The notes beneath the pieces were generated by a model. That model was not told where the DNA came from and did not search any database. It saw nothing but the letters and a program-made list of their open reading frames with translations. A program made the translations under genes and the position numbers. From the NCBI GenBank assembly GCA_005888365.1, contig VAWZ01000003.1, positions 1-62,021 of the forward strand: a stretch of DNA of 62,021 nt, in the 5' to 3' direction. This document shows positions 8,835 through 18,254 of the stretch, one piece after another. Source of the DNA: Actinomycetota bacterium. Its GTDB lineage: Bacteria; Actinomycetota; Thermoleophilia; Gaiellales; Gaiellaceae. The first letter of the stretch is position 1, and each line of letters opens with the position of its first letter.

Positions 8835-9244
8835 GCGGGAGAGCCGCGCAGCCGAAGCCCCGTCACGAGCGCGAGTGCCGGCGCGATGACGACGTCGTTC
8901 GCAACGCACCAAATACAGAGTGCGTGGATGACGAAGAGCTGAAGCACGAGCAGGTAGCCGCTGAAGAGCACCCCGATGCATGCGAGCGTCGCCGCGCCGA
9001 GCCGCGCGTTTCCCGAGTCCGACGCGATGAGTGCCGTTACCGCGGAGTAGGAAAGGAGCCCAAGCAGAGCGACGGGGACGCCGGCGATCTCGGCATACGA
9101 AGATTGCTGTACCGTCTCGCACCCGCCGCCACGAACGCACACGACCGTCGCATTCGAGTAGTGCGCCCAGGTGAGATATCCGGCCACGCCGACGCCTGCG
9201 AGAGCGACGGCGGCCCCGATCAGGCGCAGGGTCCTGTCGCTCAA
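8831..9244 (-). CDS. Vitamin K epoxide reductase (VKOR) family membrane protein
   Basis: 137 aa, 4 TM segments, loop cysteines CVRGGGC and the redox motif CIWC. The start overlaps the stop of the upstream DsbA gene. Confidence 0.8.
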   Translation of the reverse strand: MSDRTLRLIGAAVALAGVGVAGYLTWAHYSNATVVCVRGGGCETVQQSSYAEIAGVPVALLGLLSYSAVTALIASDSGNARLGAATLACIGVLFSGYLLVLQLFVIHALCIWCVANDVVIAPALALVTGLRLRGSPA

Positions 9245-9969
9245 TCCTTGAGCGCGTCGTCAAGAGCCGCGCGGAACGCGGTCGCATCGAAAGCGACGTT
9301 GACGTAGTACGGCTTCTGGTCGTCGATCTTCACGAGGAAGGTCGGCGTCTGGAGCTGGTCGACGTACTTCGACATCTCGTTCCCGGACTTCTGCTCCGCG
9401 CCGCTCGCCTCCTTCGTGATCGCCGTGCTGCCGGCGTCAGCGAAGAGCTTGCCGACGTCGAGGGCGGGGATCTTCGCGGCGAGCGTCCGAACGAGCTCGT
9501 CTGTGATCCAGCCGCTGTTCTCCCGGCCCTGGTAGCGGTAGAGAGCCTCTTGCAGCTGCCAGAGCCTGTTTTGCTTGGCCGCCGCCAGCAGGAACCGGAG
9601 CCCTTTGACGGAGTCCGGCCCGATGAACGGGAATCCTTGGTACTCCATCTTCACCTTCCCTCGGCGGACGAAGTCGTTGACGAGGATCGGGAAGACGTTC
9701 AGCGTGTAGTAGCGGCAGCCCGGGCATTGCTGGTCTGCGAACTCGATCAGGCTGACCTTCGCCGACGGCTTCCCGAGCACGGTGCCGTTTTCCGGAATGC
9801 CGGTGAGATTCACGACGGGACGCGGAACGACCCCGGGGGTGCTCTTCGTGCCACGCAAGACTTGGCTTCCGATCACGAGCACCGCCGCGGCGGCCACGCC
9901 GATGCCCAGTGCGAGTGCCATCTTGAGCCAGGTCGGGCGTCCCTGGACTGTGGGCCTCATCGCTGCCAC
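9241..9969 (-). CDS. DsbA-family thiol:disulfide oxidoreductase (membrane-anchored/secreted)
   Basis: N-terminal TM anchor and thioredoxin-fold motif FADQQCPGCRYY. Operon partner of VKOR. Confidence 0.85.
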   Translation of the reverse strand: MAAMRPTVQGRPTWLKMALALGIGVAAAAVLVIGSQVLRGTKSTPGVVPRPVVNLTGIPENGTVLGKPSAKVSLIEFADQQCPGCRYYTLNVFPILVNDFVRRGKVKMEYQGFPFIGPDSVKGLRFLLAAAKQNRLWQLQEALYRYQGRENSGWITDELVRTLAAKIPALDVGKLFADAGSTAITKEASGAEQKSGNEMSKYVDQLQTPTFLVKIDDQKPYYVNVAFDATAFRAALDDALKD

Positions 9970-10003
9970 GGAAACGACAGTGTGCCGATGAGGGCCGGTC
10001 GAG

Positions 10004-10381
10004 CTATGCCTTGAGCGCCCGCCCGGCCTTGTTCGCAGCCTTCGCCAGGGCTGTATACGCTGCAGCTCGCTGCGCTTTCGAGCCGGAGGCCGCCGCGGCT
10101 TCGACGTCTCTCATCCGCTCGACGACGTCGAGGTCGAGCCGCTGTCTCTTTCCCCACGCGAGGTGAGCTTCGCTCACGGCGCAACGCGCGGCGAGCTCAC
10201 GCAAGACCTGGAGGGACGGGACCCGTTCGCCCCTCTCGATTCGAGAGATGTACGCGGCGCTGCAGCCCGGAAATGCAAGGTCCCGCTGGCTGAGACCCTG
10301 CGCCTCGCGCGCTCCGACGAGACGCTTGCCGACGGCGAGCGGATCGTCGACGTGAGGTATGCGCTCTCGCTTGATCGGCAT
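10004..10381 (-). CDS. XRE-family helix-turn-helix transcriptional regulator
   Basis: LAVGKRLVGAREAQGLSQRDLAFPGCSAAYISRIERGERVPSLQVLRELA. Start taken at MPIKRER (10381). The track ORF extends to 10444. Confidence 0.75.
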   Translation of the reverse strand: MPIKRERIPHVDDPLAVGKRLVGAREAQGLSQRDLAFPGCSAAYISRIERGERVPSLQVLRELAARCAVSEAHLAWGKRQRLDLDVVERMRDVEAAAASGSKAQRAAAYTALAKAANKAGRALKA

Positions 10382-10525
10382 CGGGACCGGGCGGCGCTGA
10401 CCTTGGACAACGATACTCCGACCTCTCTGTCGTTCGCGAGGCAACCAGCGCCGGCCTCAGATACACCCTCGTTTACACCCCGCGACGAATGGTCGTCCCT
10501 CGAACGAGGGAGTAGCCTCGGAGCC

Positions 10526-10795
10526 ATGATCGAGCTGGGCACGGAGAAGAAGGCGGCGCCCATTACGGCGCGCCAGCGGGAAGTGGTCGCTCTGATCGCA
10601 GCGGGTTGCTCGAACGACGAGGTCGGCGCACGGCTCGGAATCTCGCCGCGAACTGCGAAGGCCCACTGTGACGTGCTGCGGCAGAAGCTCGGTGTCAGGC
10701 GCAGGCGCCAGATCCCGATCGCGTTCAGGCTGCTCACGGGCGAGGACCCACTGTCGATCACGTACGGCTGGGCTCTCCGGGCCGGATCGCGCTGA
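10526..10795 (+). CDS. Small LuxR/GerE-family HTH regulator
   Basis: ATG 10526. ITARQREVVALIAAGCSNDEVGARLGISPRTAKAHCDVLRQKLGV. Confidence 0.75.
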   Translation: MIELGTEKKAAPITARQREVVALIAAGCSNDEVGARLGISPRTAKAHCDVLRQKLGVRRRRQIPIAFRLLTGEDPLSITYGWALRAGSR

Positions 10796-10883
10796 CGAGA
10801 AACCAGGGCCATGGGCGCTCGGTCCGAGTGAGAGGAGCCTGTTAGGGTCGGAGCGGCCGCGAGATCATCCGCCAGGGAGGGGG

Positions 10884-13226
10884 ATGACGGCCACGGTCCG
10901 GAATATGCGCACTCTCCAGCGGAGCCGCATCATCGAGCGTCCACGCCTGCTGACTCTGCTCGACGAATCGACGGCTCGTGTGCGCACCCTGTTCGCCGCC
11001 GCAGGCTACGGTAAGACCACGCTCGCCGAGCAATGGGTCACACGCGGAGGTCGCAGATCGGCGTGGTACACGGCGCGAAGCTCGTCGGTGGATGTCGCCG
11101 CGCTCGCGCTCGGTGTTGCGCGTTCGGCGTCCACCATCGTCGAGGGATGCGAGTCGCGACTTCGTGAGCACATGCGCGCCATCTCGGCTGCAGCGGGGAA
11201 CGTCGCGGTCCTCGCCGAAATCCTCAGCGAGGATCTCGCCGAGTGGCCGCGCGAAGCGTGGCTCGTCATCGACGACTACCAGGAGATCGTCGGCGCCTCG
11301 CAGGCCGAAGCGTTCGTCGCCGACTTGCTCGCAAGCTGCCCGCTTCAACTTCTCCTTACCACCCGGCAGCGGCCATCCTGGGTCACCGCCAGGAGCATTC
11401 TCTACGGCGACGTCTTCGAGATAAACCAGACGGCGCTCGCGATGGACAACCAGGAGGCCGCCGAAGTGCTCGCGGACTGGAGCGGCATGTCGGCATCGGG
11501 ACTCGTCGCCCTTGCAAACGGGTGGCCCGCGGTCATCGGTCTCGCGAGCGTCTCGTCTGCCGAGATCGAAAGCGACGACACCGTGCCTGAGTCGCTCTAC
11601 CGGTTCTTCGCCGAAGAGGTCTTCGATGCATTGGGAGACGAGGTGCGAGACGGCCTCGCGCTCTTGGCCGTCGCTCCGGTGATGGAGCGCGAGCTCGCGG
11701 CGGAGCTCCTGGGCGACGGACAAGCCGAGTCGATCTGTGCTGCGGCGCTCGAGGTCGGGATCCTCGTCGAGCGGGACGAACGTCTCGAGCTACATCCGCT
11801 CGCGCGTTCCTTTCTCGAGGAGCGGGGCGTTCCACCCGTTTGCGCGGAGGCGACCGCGACTTGTCTCGCCCACTACAAGGCGCGCCGGGACTGGGGCGCC
11901 GCGTTCGACGTCGTCTCGAAGCGCGATGCCGTTTCCGAACTGGAGGCTTTGCTCGCCGAAGCGCTCGACGATCTCCTCGAGACTGCGAGGCTCCCGACAG
12001 TCGAGTCGTGGTGCGCCTTCGCAGCCAAGTCCGGGATCGGTGGGCCCCTGTTCTCGCTTGCGCGTGCGGAAACAGCGCTTCGCCAAGGCCGCCACGTGCA
12101 GGCTCAAGCTCATGCGGAGGCCGCTGCGGTTGACGGAAAGCTTGCGTTCCGGGCGCTGTCAGTGGCCGGGCGCGCAGCACATCTGGCCTCGCGAGAAGAG
12201 GAAGGATTGGCTTTGTATCAGCGTGCCGAATCGGCCGCAACCGATGGCCGGGAACGCCGAGCAGCCCTTTGGGATCAAGTCATTTGTGCCGTTGAACTCG
12301 ATCTTCCCGAGACTAGCCTGATGCTCAACGAGCTTAGCGTTGGTGTCAGCACCTCCGATCCGAGGGAGTTCATCCGTGCAGCAACATGCAGGCTCATTTT
12401 CGACATGCGGTCAGGAACGCTCGATCTCGGCGATAGCGATTTAGCTTGGGAGCTCCTACCGGTCCTGGGCGAACCACTCATCCAAACCGGGTTTGAGAGC
12501 ATCTACGCCAACGCGCTTGCTCTCGCCGCTCGGTATACGGACGCACTGGAAGTCGCCAATACCCTCCTCCACACAGCGCAGAAGTACCGACTCGACTTCG
12601 CGAGGCCGTACGGGCTCGTCTCTGCCGCGATGGGGCAGGCCGGACTGCGGCAATGGAATATCGCTGCTGATTACCTGGACGAAGCCGCTGCGCTCGCGCG
12701 CGACACGCGCAATCATTATGCGGAGTTGTTCGCGTTCGCGGCGCGGCTCCGTTTGCTTACGCAACAAGGCCTACATCGAGTTGCTCTGGCGTTGCCGCTA
12801 CCTGATGTTCCCGAAACGGTGCCAGCCGTAGGCGCAGAAGTCACCGCCTCGCGCGCCTTGGCTTTGGCGGCGGCGGACAGACTCGACGAAGCTCGGGCGA
12901 CTCTTAGTTCAGTCGAAAGTAGCCCAGCGGTCGAATCGATTGTGCTTTCAGCCGCAGTTAGAGCCATAACCTCATTGAAACTTGACGATGCAAGGACCGC
13001 GAGTTGGGTCTCCAACCTCGAAGAGAAGGCATTTGCCACAGGGGCGGTTGACTTACTCGTGACCGCATACCGCGCGGTCCCGGAACTACTCGTTGTTCTG
13101 CTTCGACGCGGTGGAGGCCAACGCCGCATGGATCTGGTGCGCCGCGTTGGAGACCACGAACTATTGAGACCACTCGGCGCTGCGGGCTGGCGCGACGACG
13201 AAGTCAAGTCGTCTGAGGTGGTGTAA
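10884..13226 (+). CDS. LAL/MalT-type large ATP-binding regulator (P-loop NTPase + helical repeat region); the C-terminal LuxR HTH appears disrupted
   Basis: ATG 10884 preceded by GGGAGGGGG. RIIERPRLLTLLDES...LFAAAGYGKTTLAEQWV (Walker A), LVIDDYQ (Walker B-like), then a long alpha-helical repeat region. Ends at TAA 13224-13226. Confidence 0.75.
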   Translation: MTATVRNMRTLQRSRIIERPRLLTLLDESTARVRTLFAAAGYGKTTLAEQWVTRGGRRSAWYTARSSSVDVAALALGVARSASTIVEGCESRLREHMRAISAAAGNVAVLAEILSEDLAEWPREAWLVIDDYQEIVGASQAEAFVADLLASCPLQLLLTTRQRPSWVTARSILYGDVFEINQTALAMDNQEAAEVLADWSGMSASGLVALANGWPAVIGLASVSSAEIESDDTVPESLYRFFAEEVFDALGDEVRDGLALLAVAPVMERELAAELLGDGQAESICAAALEVGILVERDERLELHPLARSFLEERGVPPVCAEATATCLAHYKARRDWGAAFDVVSKRDAVSELEALLAEALDDLLETARLPTVESWCAFAAKSGIGGPLFSLARAETALRQGRHVQAQAHAEAAAVDGKLAFRALSVAGRAAHLASREEEGLALYQRAESAATDGRERRAALWDQVICAVELDLPETSLMLNELSVGVSTSDPREFIRAATCRLIFDMRSGTLDLGDSDLAWELLPVLGEPLIQTGFESIYANALALAARYTDALEVANTLLHTAQKYRLDFARPYGLVSAAMGQAGLRQWNIAADYLDEAAALARDTRNHYAELFAFAARLRLLTQQGLHRVALALPLPDVPETVPAVGAEVTASRALALAAADRLDEARATLSSVESSPAVESIVLSAAVRAITSLKLDDARTASWVSNLEEKAFATGAVDLLVTAYRAVPELLVVLLRRGGGQRRMDLVRRVGDHELLRPLGAAGWRDDEVKSSEVV

Positions 13227-13266
13227 CTCGGACTCGTCGACCCTCGCGGCGCTCAGGCCACGGTGA

Positions 13267-13440
13267 GCTCGACTAGTAATCAGCAAGGCGACGGCCAAGC
13301 TCCATGCGCAGCACATCTACAACAAACTAGGGATTCATTCCCGCAAAGCGCTAGCAATCCAAGCTGCGCTCGAGCGCTCTCGTCAAGCCACGTCGGCAAC
13401 GGCGGAAAATGTGGATGCCGCCGAGTCGACGTCCTTGTGA
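13267..13440 (+). pseudogene. Out-of-frame remnant of a LuxR-type HTH recognition helix, downstream of the LAL gene
   Basis: Manual translation of the +1 frame gives ...LVISKATAKLHAQHIYNKLGIHSRKALAIQAALERSRQ, the canonical L.IS..T.K.H...I..KL pattern. It has no start codon and is separated from the LAL frame by a stop and a frameshift. Confidence 0.55.
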
Positions 13441-14837
13441 ACGAAGGCTTGGAAATCAGCTCGTCTCGCAAGCCGGTACTCCTCATCGGCACCGGCGAGG
13501 ATCGCTTCAAACGCTGCAACGGCGGCAGTTTCGAATTGACTATCCGCCGCTTGGGCGAGCCTGAGCCGCGCAACACGGCTGGGCATGGCATCACGGTACG
13601 GACGGTCGGATGTCATCGCGTTGTATGCGTCTGCGACGGCGATGATGCGTGAGACAAGTGGAATGCTCTCGCCGGCGAGACCGTCGGGATAGCCCTGACC
13701 GTCGATGCGCTCGTGATGGAAGCGCACGATTATCGAGATCTCAGAGTACTCATCGACGTTCGCGAGGATACGCTCGCCGATCGCCGAGTGCTCTTGCATT
13801 TGCCTTCGCTCCTCGAGCGTCAGGGCTCCCGGCTTCTCGAGAAGACCAGGAGGCAGTCCAATCTTTCCAATGTCGTGGACTAGCCCACACAGGTACGCCT
13901 GCTCCTGGATCTCGTCCGGAAGGTCCATGCGCTTTGCGATGTCACGGGAGTAGATCGCGACAGCGGCTGAGTGGCCCGCCGTGTATCGGTCTCTCGCATC
14001 GAGGGTAGCGATGAGGGCGGCGGCAAACTGGAGATTCGCGCGTTCGAGCGTGTCATTCGCCACGGAGAGCTCGGCGGCAAGATTGCGTTCCGTTTGGTAG
14101 AGCCCATAGAGGCGCTGCGCTGCCATCGCCGGAATGAGGAAGAGAGCCAGCGTCCATGGCGACACCTCGAGGTACATGAATGCGAGCAATGCAGCTGTTG
14201 GTGCATAGACGGGAGGCACAAGTATCAAGAGCGGCAACAGTGTCCGCGCGCCCTCCGATACAGATCGTCCACGAACAGCCGCGGTAAGCAGAGGGAAAGC
14301 GACGCCGAGTACTTCGCCCACGACTGCACCGATTAGGCTCGCAACGATCAGCCCTCCAAACTCAGACGGCACGAGGTTGATAGCCGCTTGTGCCGCAAGT
14401 CCGGTGGCCGCACCGCTAATGAACCGCGCACTGGAATAAGTCGCCCATTTGAGACGCGGTGCCCTGTCTGGATTCGGAGGTGAGGTGAGCTCTGGATCGC
14501 CAAGCATCGACGCTCCGCCGACAGCTGCGGCGGCTAGTGGCCCGAACAGCACAGCAGCAAGCAGGGTTGGAAGAACCGAGATTGACTGTTCTGCGCTCTT
14601 GGTCAGGCGGACGCTGCTTCTCTCCCCTATGGCGGCGGCAGCGGCGAGCGCCACGACGCTGATTGGATCCTCGAGTCCGTATCCGGCGAGAAGCAGCCCC
14701 GCGCACGTCAGAGATGCAGCGGCCACTAGAGCCCCCACGTACAAGAGTGTTCGGCCCTGTGGGTGGGTCAGGACGCGCTGAACAGCTTGCGTCATCCCTC
14801 GAATGGGGTATACGATTCGCGTGCCGTCAGTTCCCAA
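13383..14837 (-). CDS. Membrane-bound HD-GYP domain protein (probable c-di-GMP phosphodiesterase)
   Basis: Multi-TM N-terminal half, then GHSAAVAIY...LCGLVHDIGKIGLP...RFHHERIDGQGYPDGL (the HD and HHExxDGxGYP motifs). Confidence 0.85.
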   Translation of the reverse strand: MGTDGTRIVYPIRGMTQAVQRVLTHPQGRTLLYVGALVAAASLTCAGLLLAGYGLEDPISVVALAAAAAIGERSSVRLTKSAEQSISVLPTLLAAVLFGPLAAAAVGGASMLGDPELTSPPNPDRAPRLKWATYSSARFISGAATGLAAQAAINLVPSEFGGLIVASLIGAVVGEVLGVAFPLLTAAVRGRSVSEGARTLLPLLILVPPVYAPTAALLAFMYLEVSPWTLALFLIPAMAAQRLYGLYQTERNLAAELSVANDTLERANLQFAAALIATLDARDRYTAGHSAAVAIYSRDIAKRMDLPDEIQEQAYLCGLVHDIGKIGLPPGLLEKPGALTLEERRQMQEHSAIGERILANVDEYSEISIIVRFHHERIDGQGYPDGLAGESIPLVSRIIAVADAYNAMTSDRPYRDAMPSRVARLRLAQAADSQFETAAVAAFEAILAGADEEYRLARRADFQAFVHKDVDSAASTFSAVADVA

Positions 14838-14982
14838 CCTAGGAGCTCCTATGCAAAGGGCCGGAAAGATCTGGTAGAGCCGTCACATCCTGCGTTCTTC
14901 GCCGAGGGTGGGCATCCCTCTTTCGGGGGTAAGCCTGCTGGGGGAACTAGCTAGGCGAGAAGGGGTGCTGACGGCCTTGGAA

Positions 14983-15420
14983 CTACCCAATGAGCCCACG
15001 CCGGAAGCCGACCGCTACGGCGTGGGCTCTGCTTCGCGCCTGAAGCTTCGCGAGCAGATGCCTCACGTGTGACTTGACTGTCTCTTCTGAGAGGAAGAGA
15101 CGCTCGCCAATCTCGCGATTCACGAGTCCGTCGGCCACGTGTTGGAGGACCTCGATCTCCCGTGCAGTCGGATCCTGTCCGATCTCCCGCGTGATCGGGG
15201 GAGTGAACGGGATGACCGAGCCGTGTCTCCGTGAGCTGCGCCGTGCGGCGGCTGCCTCGAACCGGCGGCTGTGATCGCGGTAGCGGTTCAGGATCTCCTT
15301 ACGCTCAGCGGCGTCCACGAACGGGGTATCGGCGCACACCGCATAGCGCTTTAGTGGAGTCGTCCACCCGCTCGCTCGAACGGGGGACGACTCGTGTGCG
15401 GCACCAGGTCGCAAACGCAA
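14983..15420 (-). CDS. LuxR/GerE-family HTH regulator
   Basis: PTAREIEVLQHVADGLVNREIGERLFLSEETVKSHVRHLLAKLQA at the C-terminus. The start is uncertain (GTG 15339 is an alternative). Confidence 0.7.
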   Translation of the reverse strand: MRLRPGAAHESSPVRASGWTTPLKRYAVCADTPFVDAAERKEILNRYRDHSRRFEAAAARRSSRRHGSVIPFTPPITREIGQDPTAREIEVLQHVADGLVNREIGERLFLSEETVKSHVRHLLAKLQARSRAHAVAVGFRRGLIG

Positions 15421-15472
15421 TGCGACGTCCGCACGTCTAACGAGATACGGTTACGCCCGCGCGGGCGCATAC

Positions 15473-17068
15473 ATGGAGAAAGGGGAATCGATGACTCGAG
15501 GAACCAAGAGATGGCGGCTGGGCGCCCTCACAGCGGCTGTCACAATCGTCATGGGTGTGATCGGGGCCGGCGTCGGAGGCGCGGCACGGAGTGGAGCCGA
15601 CAGTGCGTCAGCTACCACCCTCATCGATGGGACGACTGGCACAGTCGTCAACATCGACCCTGCGAACGAGTACGACTTCGACTCGTTCACTCTCGACCTT
15701 CCGTTGTTCCAAGGTCTGTACGGCTTCCCACACGGCGCCAAGATCCAGCCGGTACTTGCGACAGGCTGCAAGGCGTCGGCGAATCTAAAGACGTGGACCT
15801 GTGCATTGAGGAAGGGGGTCAAGTTCTCGGACGGCTCGCCCATGACCTCCGCTGACGTCAAGTGGTCCTTCGATCGTGTGAACAAGATCAAGGGCGACCA
15901 GGGCATCTACACGCTGCTGAGCAACCTCAAGAGCGTTTCGACGAAGGGCACCTACGGAGTCGTCTTCAAGCTCAAGGCATCTCAGTCGACCTGGCCGTTG
16001 ATCCTGGCGACAAATGCAGGATTCGTCGTCGAGAAGAACCTCTACCCGTTCAGCAAGATCAGGGCGAACAGCGAGTCCCAAGTCGGAACCGGCCCGTACA
16101 AGCTGGTCAAGTTCACTCCGGGCCAGCAGGCCGTGCTCCAGGCAAACCCGAACTACTGGGGGCCCCAGCCGAAGACGAGCAACCTGATCATCAATTACTT
16201 CTCGAAGTCCTCGACCATGAAACTGGCACTCCAGCGGGGCGAGATCGACATGGCATTCCAGACCTTCACGCCGACGGAGTATGCGTCGCTGGCCAAGGCC
16301 AAGGGCATCACCGTCCATGCGGGGAATGGCACCGTCATTCGGTACATGGTCTTCAACGTCACGCGTCCGCCGTTCAACAACGTTGCCGTCCGGAAGGCGC
16401 TCGCCTACCTCATGCCGCGGCAGGCGATCGCGACGCGCGTCTATCACGGGACGGTGAGCCCGCTCTACTCGCAGGTGCCGGCCGGTCTACCGGGCCACAT
16501 CGACATCTTCGCGACGACGTACGGGCGCACGCCGAACGTGGCGAAGGCACGTGCGGTCCTGAAGGCCGCCGGCGTCACGACACCGGTCAAGACCGACATC
16601 TGGTGGACGCCTTCGCACTATGGCGATGCGTCTGCCGACGAGTACGCCGAGGTCCAGCGGGCGCTGAACTCGTCCGGTCTGTTCAAGGTGACGTTGAAGT
16701 CGGCGGAGTGGGCGCAGTACAGCGGAGCGCTCGGCAGGACCTACAACGCGTTTCAGCTTGGCTGGTTCCCGGACTACCCGGACGCCGAGGACTACATCGT
16801 GCCCTTCTTCCAGACCGACAACTTCACCAGCAACGGGTACAGCGACCCGAAGATGACGGCGCTGATCAACAAGGAGCACGCGGCACCGACGACGGCTGCT
16901 CGTCTCGCAGCGATCAGGCAGGCGCAAGTGCTGTCCGCGAAGGACGTTCCAATCGTCCCCTACTGGCAGGGCAAGATGATCGCTGTCTCTCGTAACAACG
17001 TTCAGGGTGTCAACCGCACATTGGATGCCGCCTATCAGATGCGGTTCTGGCTCATCTCGAAGTCGTAG
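15473..17068 (+). CDS. ABC transporter substrate-binding protein, family 5 (peptide/nickel, DppA/OppA-like)
   Basis: 531 aa with a signal peptide (RWRLGALTAAVTIVMGVIGAGVGG). Family-5 SBP features include ...VKFSDGSPMTSADVKWSFDR... and ...GWFPDYPDAEDY... Confidence 0.85.
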   Translation: MEKGESMTRGTKRWRLGALTAAVTIVMGVIGAGVGGAARSGADSASATTLIDGTTGTVVNIDPANEYDFDSFTLDLPLFQGLYGFPHGAKIQPVLATGCKASANLKTWTCALRKGVKFSDGSPMTSADVKWSFDRVNKIKGDQGIYTLLSNLKSVSTKGTYGVVFKLKASQSTWPLILATNAGFVVEKNLYPFSKIRANSESQVGTGPYKLVKFTPGQQAVLQANPNYWGPQPKTSNLIINYFSKSSTMKLALQRGEIDMAFQTFTPTEYASLAKAKGITVHAGNGTVIRYMVFNVTRPPFNNVAVRKALAYLMPRQAIATRVYHGTVSPLYSQVPAGLPGHIDIFATTYGRTPNVAKARAVLKAAGVTTPVKTDIWWTPSHYGDASADEYAEVQRALNSSGLFKVTLKSAEWAQYSGALGRTYNAFQLGWFPDYPDAEDYIVPFFQTDNFTSNGYSDPKMTALINKEHAAPTTAARLAAIRQAQVLSAKDVPIVPYWQGKMIAVSRNNVQGVNRTLDAAYQMRFWLISKS

Positions 17069-17088
17069 TCGATAGCCACAAAGGCGAA

Positions 17089-17123
17089 GGGAGGGGGCGT
17101 CTTACTACGCCCCCTCCCTCTTT
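17089..17123 (+). terminator. Rho-independent-type hairpin between the SBP and permease genes (possible intra-operon attenuator)
   Basis: GGGAGGGGGCG-tcttacta-CGCCCCCTCCC followed by TCTTT. Confidence 0.6.
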
Positions 17124-17225
17124 CGTCTAGGGCGTGATCGTTCGGAGCTCTCGGACCCGCAACGCAACGGCTACGGTGCGGGATCAGCCATGAACGCAGC
17201 CGGGCGACAGGAGACGTAGACTCGA

Positions 17226-18254
17226 TTGGCCGCCAAGGGAACGTCGCTCAGGCAGTACGCGCTGACGCGCCTCGCGCTCGTCGTGCCGATGGTGCTGATC
17301 TTGCTGACCTTGGTCTTCCTCCTGATGCGGGTGGCGCCGGGCGATCCTGTGAGCGCTTCGCTCGGGGGGCATGCACCTCCAGCGGTCATCAACCAGATCA
17401 AGCACAAGCTGGGCTTCGACAAGCCGCTCTACGTCCAGTACGTGCAGTACCTCGGGAATGTCGGGAGAGGGAACTTCGGCACGGCGATCAATCCGGCGCA
17501 GCCGGTGAGCGAGATCATCAAAGTCAACGGGACGGCGACCCTCGAGCTGACGTTATACGCGATGATCATCGCGATCACCGTCGGAGTCGCGATCGGGCTC
17601 CTGGCGGGCCGCTTCAGAGACACGCCGGTGGACAGCGGGGGAAGGCTCTTCGGGATCATCATCTACGCGACTCCGATCTTCTTCCTCGGTCTCATGGCCC
17701 AGCTCTTCTTCGGTGTCTATCTCGGCTGGTTGCCAGTCTCCGGTCGCGCTAGCCCCCTAACGCAGGCCACCCTCACTACGCACACGAACATCTACACGAT
17801 CGACGCGATCATCGACCGCAACTGGGCTGCGCTCGGGGACGTCCTCAGGCACATGATTCTCCCGGCATTCACGCTTGGGCTCGTCACGGCGGGGGTCTTC
17901 ATCCGTCTGATCCGCATCAACGTGATCAGGACGATGAAGGACGACTACATCGAAGCTGCCCGCGCGAGAGGCATCAACGAGCGCTCCGTCGTCTACCATC
18001 ACGCGTTCAGGAACGCCCTCGTGCCGGTGATCACGATCATCGGCCTCCAGGTTGCCCTCCTGCTCGGAGGTGCGGTCCTGACGGAAACCACCTTCAATTG
18101 GCCCGGTATCGGGCACGAGCTCCTGCTGTACATCGAGAACCGCGATTACGCGGCGGTTCAAGGGATCATCGTCGTATTCGCTCTCGTCGTCGTCGCCGTG
18201 AGCGTGGTCATCGACTTCGTCGGTGCGTTCATCGATCCAAGGATCAGATATTGA
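17226..18254 (+). CDS. Peptide ABC transporter permease (DppB/OppB-like)
   Basis: 342 aa. LRQYALTRLALVVPMVLILLTLVFLLMRVAPGDP, and an EAA-loop region IEAARARGINERSVVYHHAFRNAL. Confidence 0.9.
   Translation: MAAKGTSLRQYALTRLALVVPMVLILLTLVFLLMRVAPGDPVSASLGGHAPPAVINQIKHKLGFDKPLYVQYVQYLGNVGRGNFGTAINPAQPVSEIIKVNGTATLELTLYAMIIAITVGVAIGLLAGRFRDTPVDSGGRLFGIIIYATPIFFLGLMAQLFFGVYLGWLPVSGRASPLTQATLTTHTNIYTIDAIIDRNWAALGDVLRHMILPAFTLGLVTAGVFIRLIRINVIRTMKDDYIEAARARGINERSVVYHHAFRNALVPVITIIGLQVALLLGGAVLTETTFNWPGIGHELLLYIENRDYAAVQGIIVVFALVVVAVSVVIDFVGAFIDPRIRY

Noticed and set aside
10884-13226. Large P-loop plus helical-repeat protein as an antiviral STAND (Avs-like) defence NTPase.
   Set aside because: It has no N-terminal effector domain (nuclease, protease, TIR, etc.). 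The N-terminus, the Walker motif context and the LuxR HTH remnant match ordinary LAL/MalT transcriptional regulators. Its neighbours are regulators, not defence genes.
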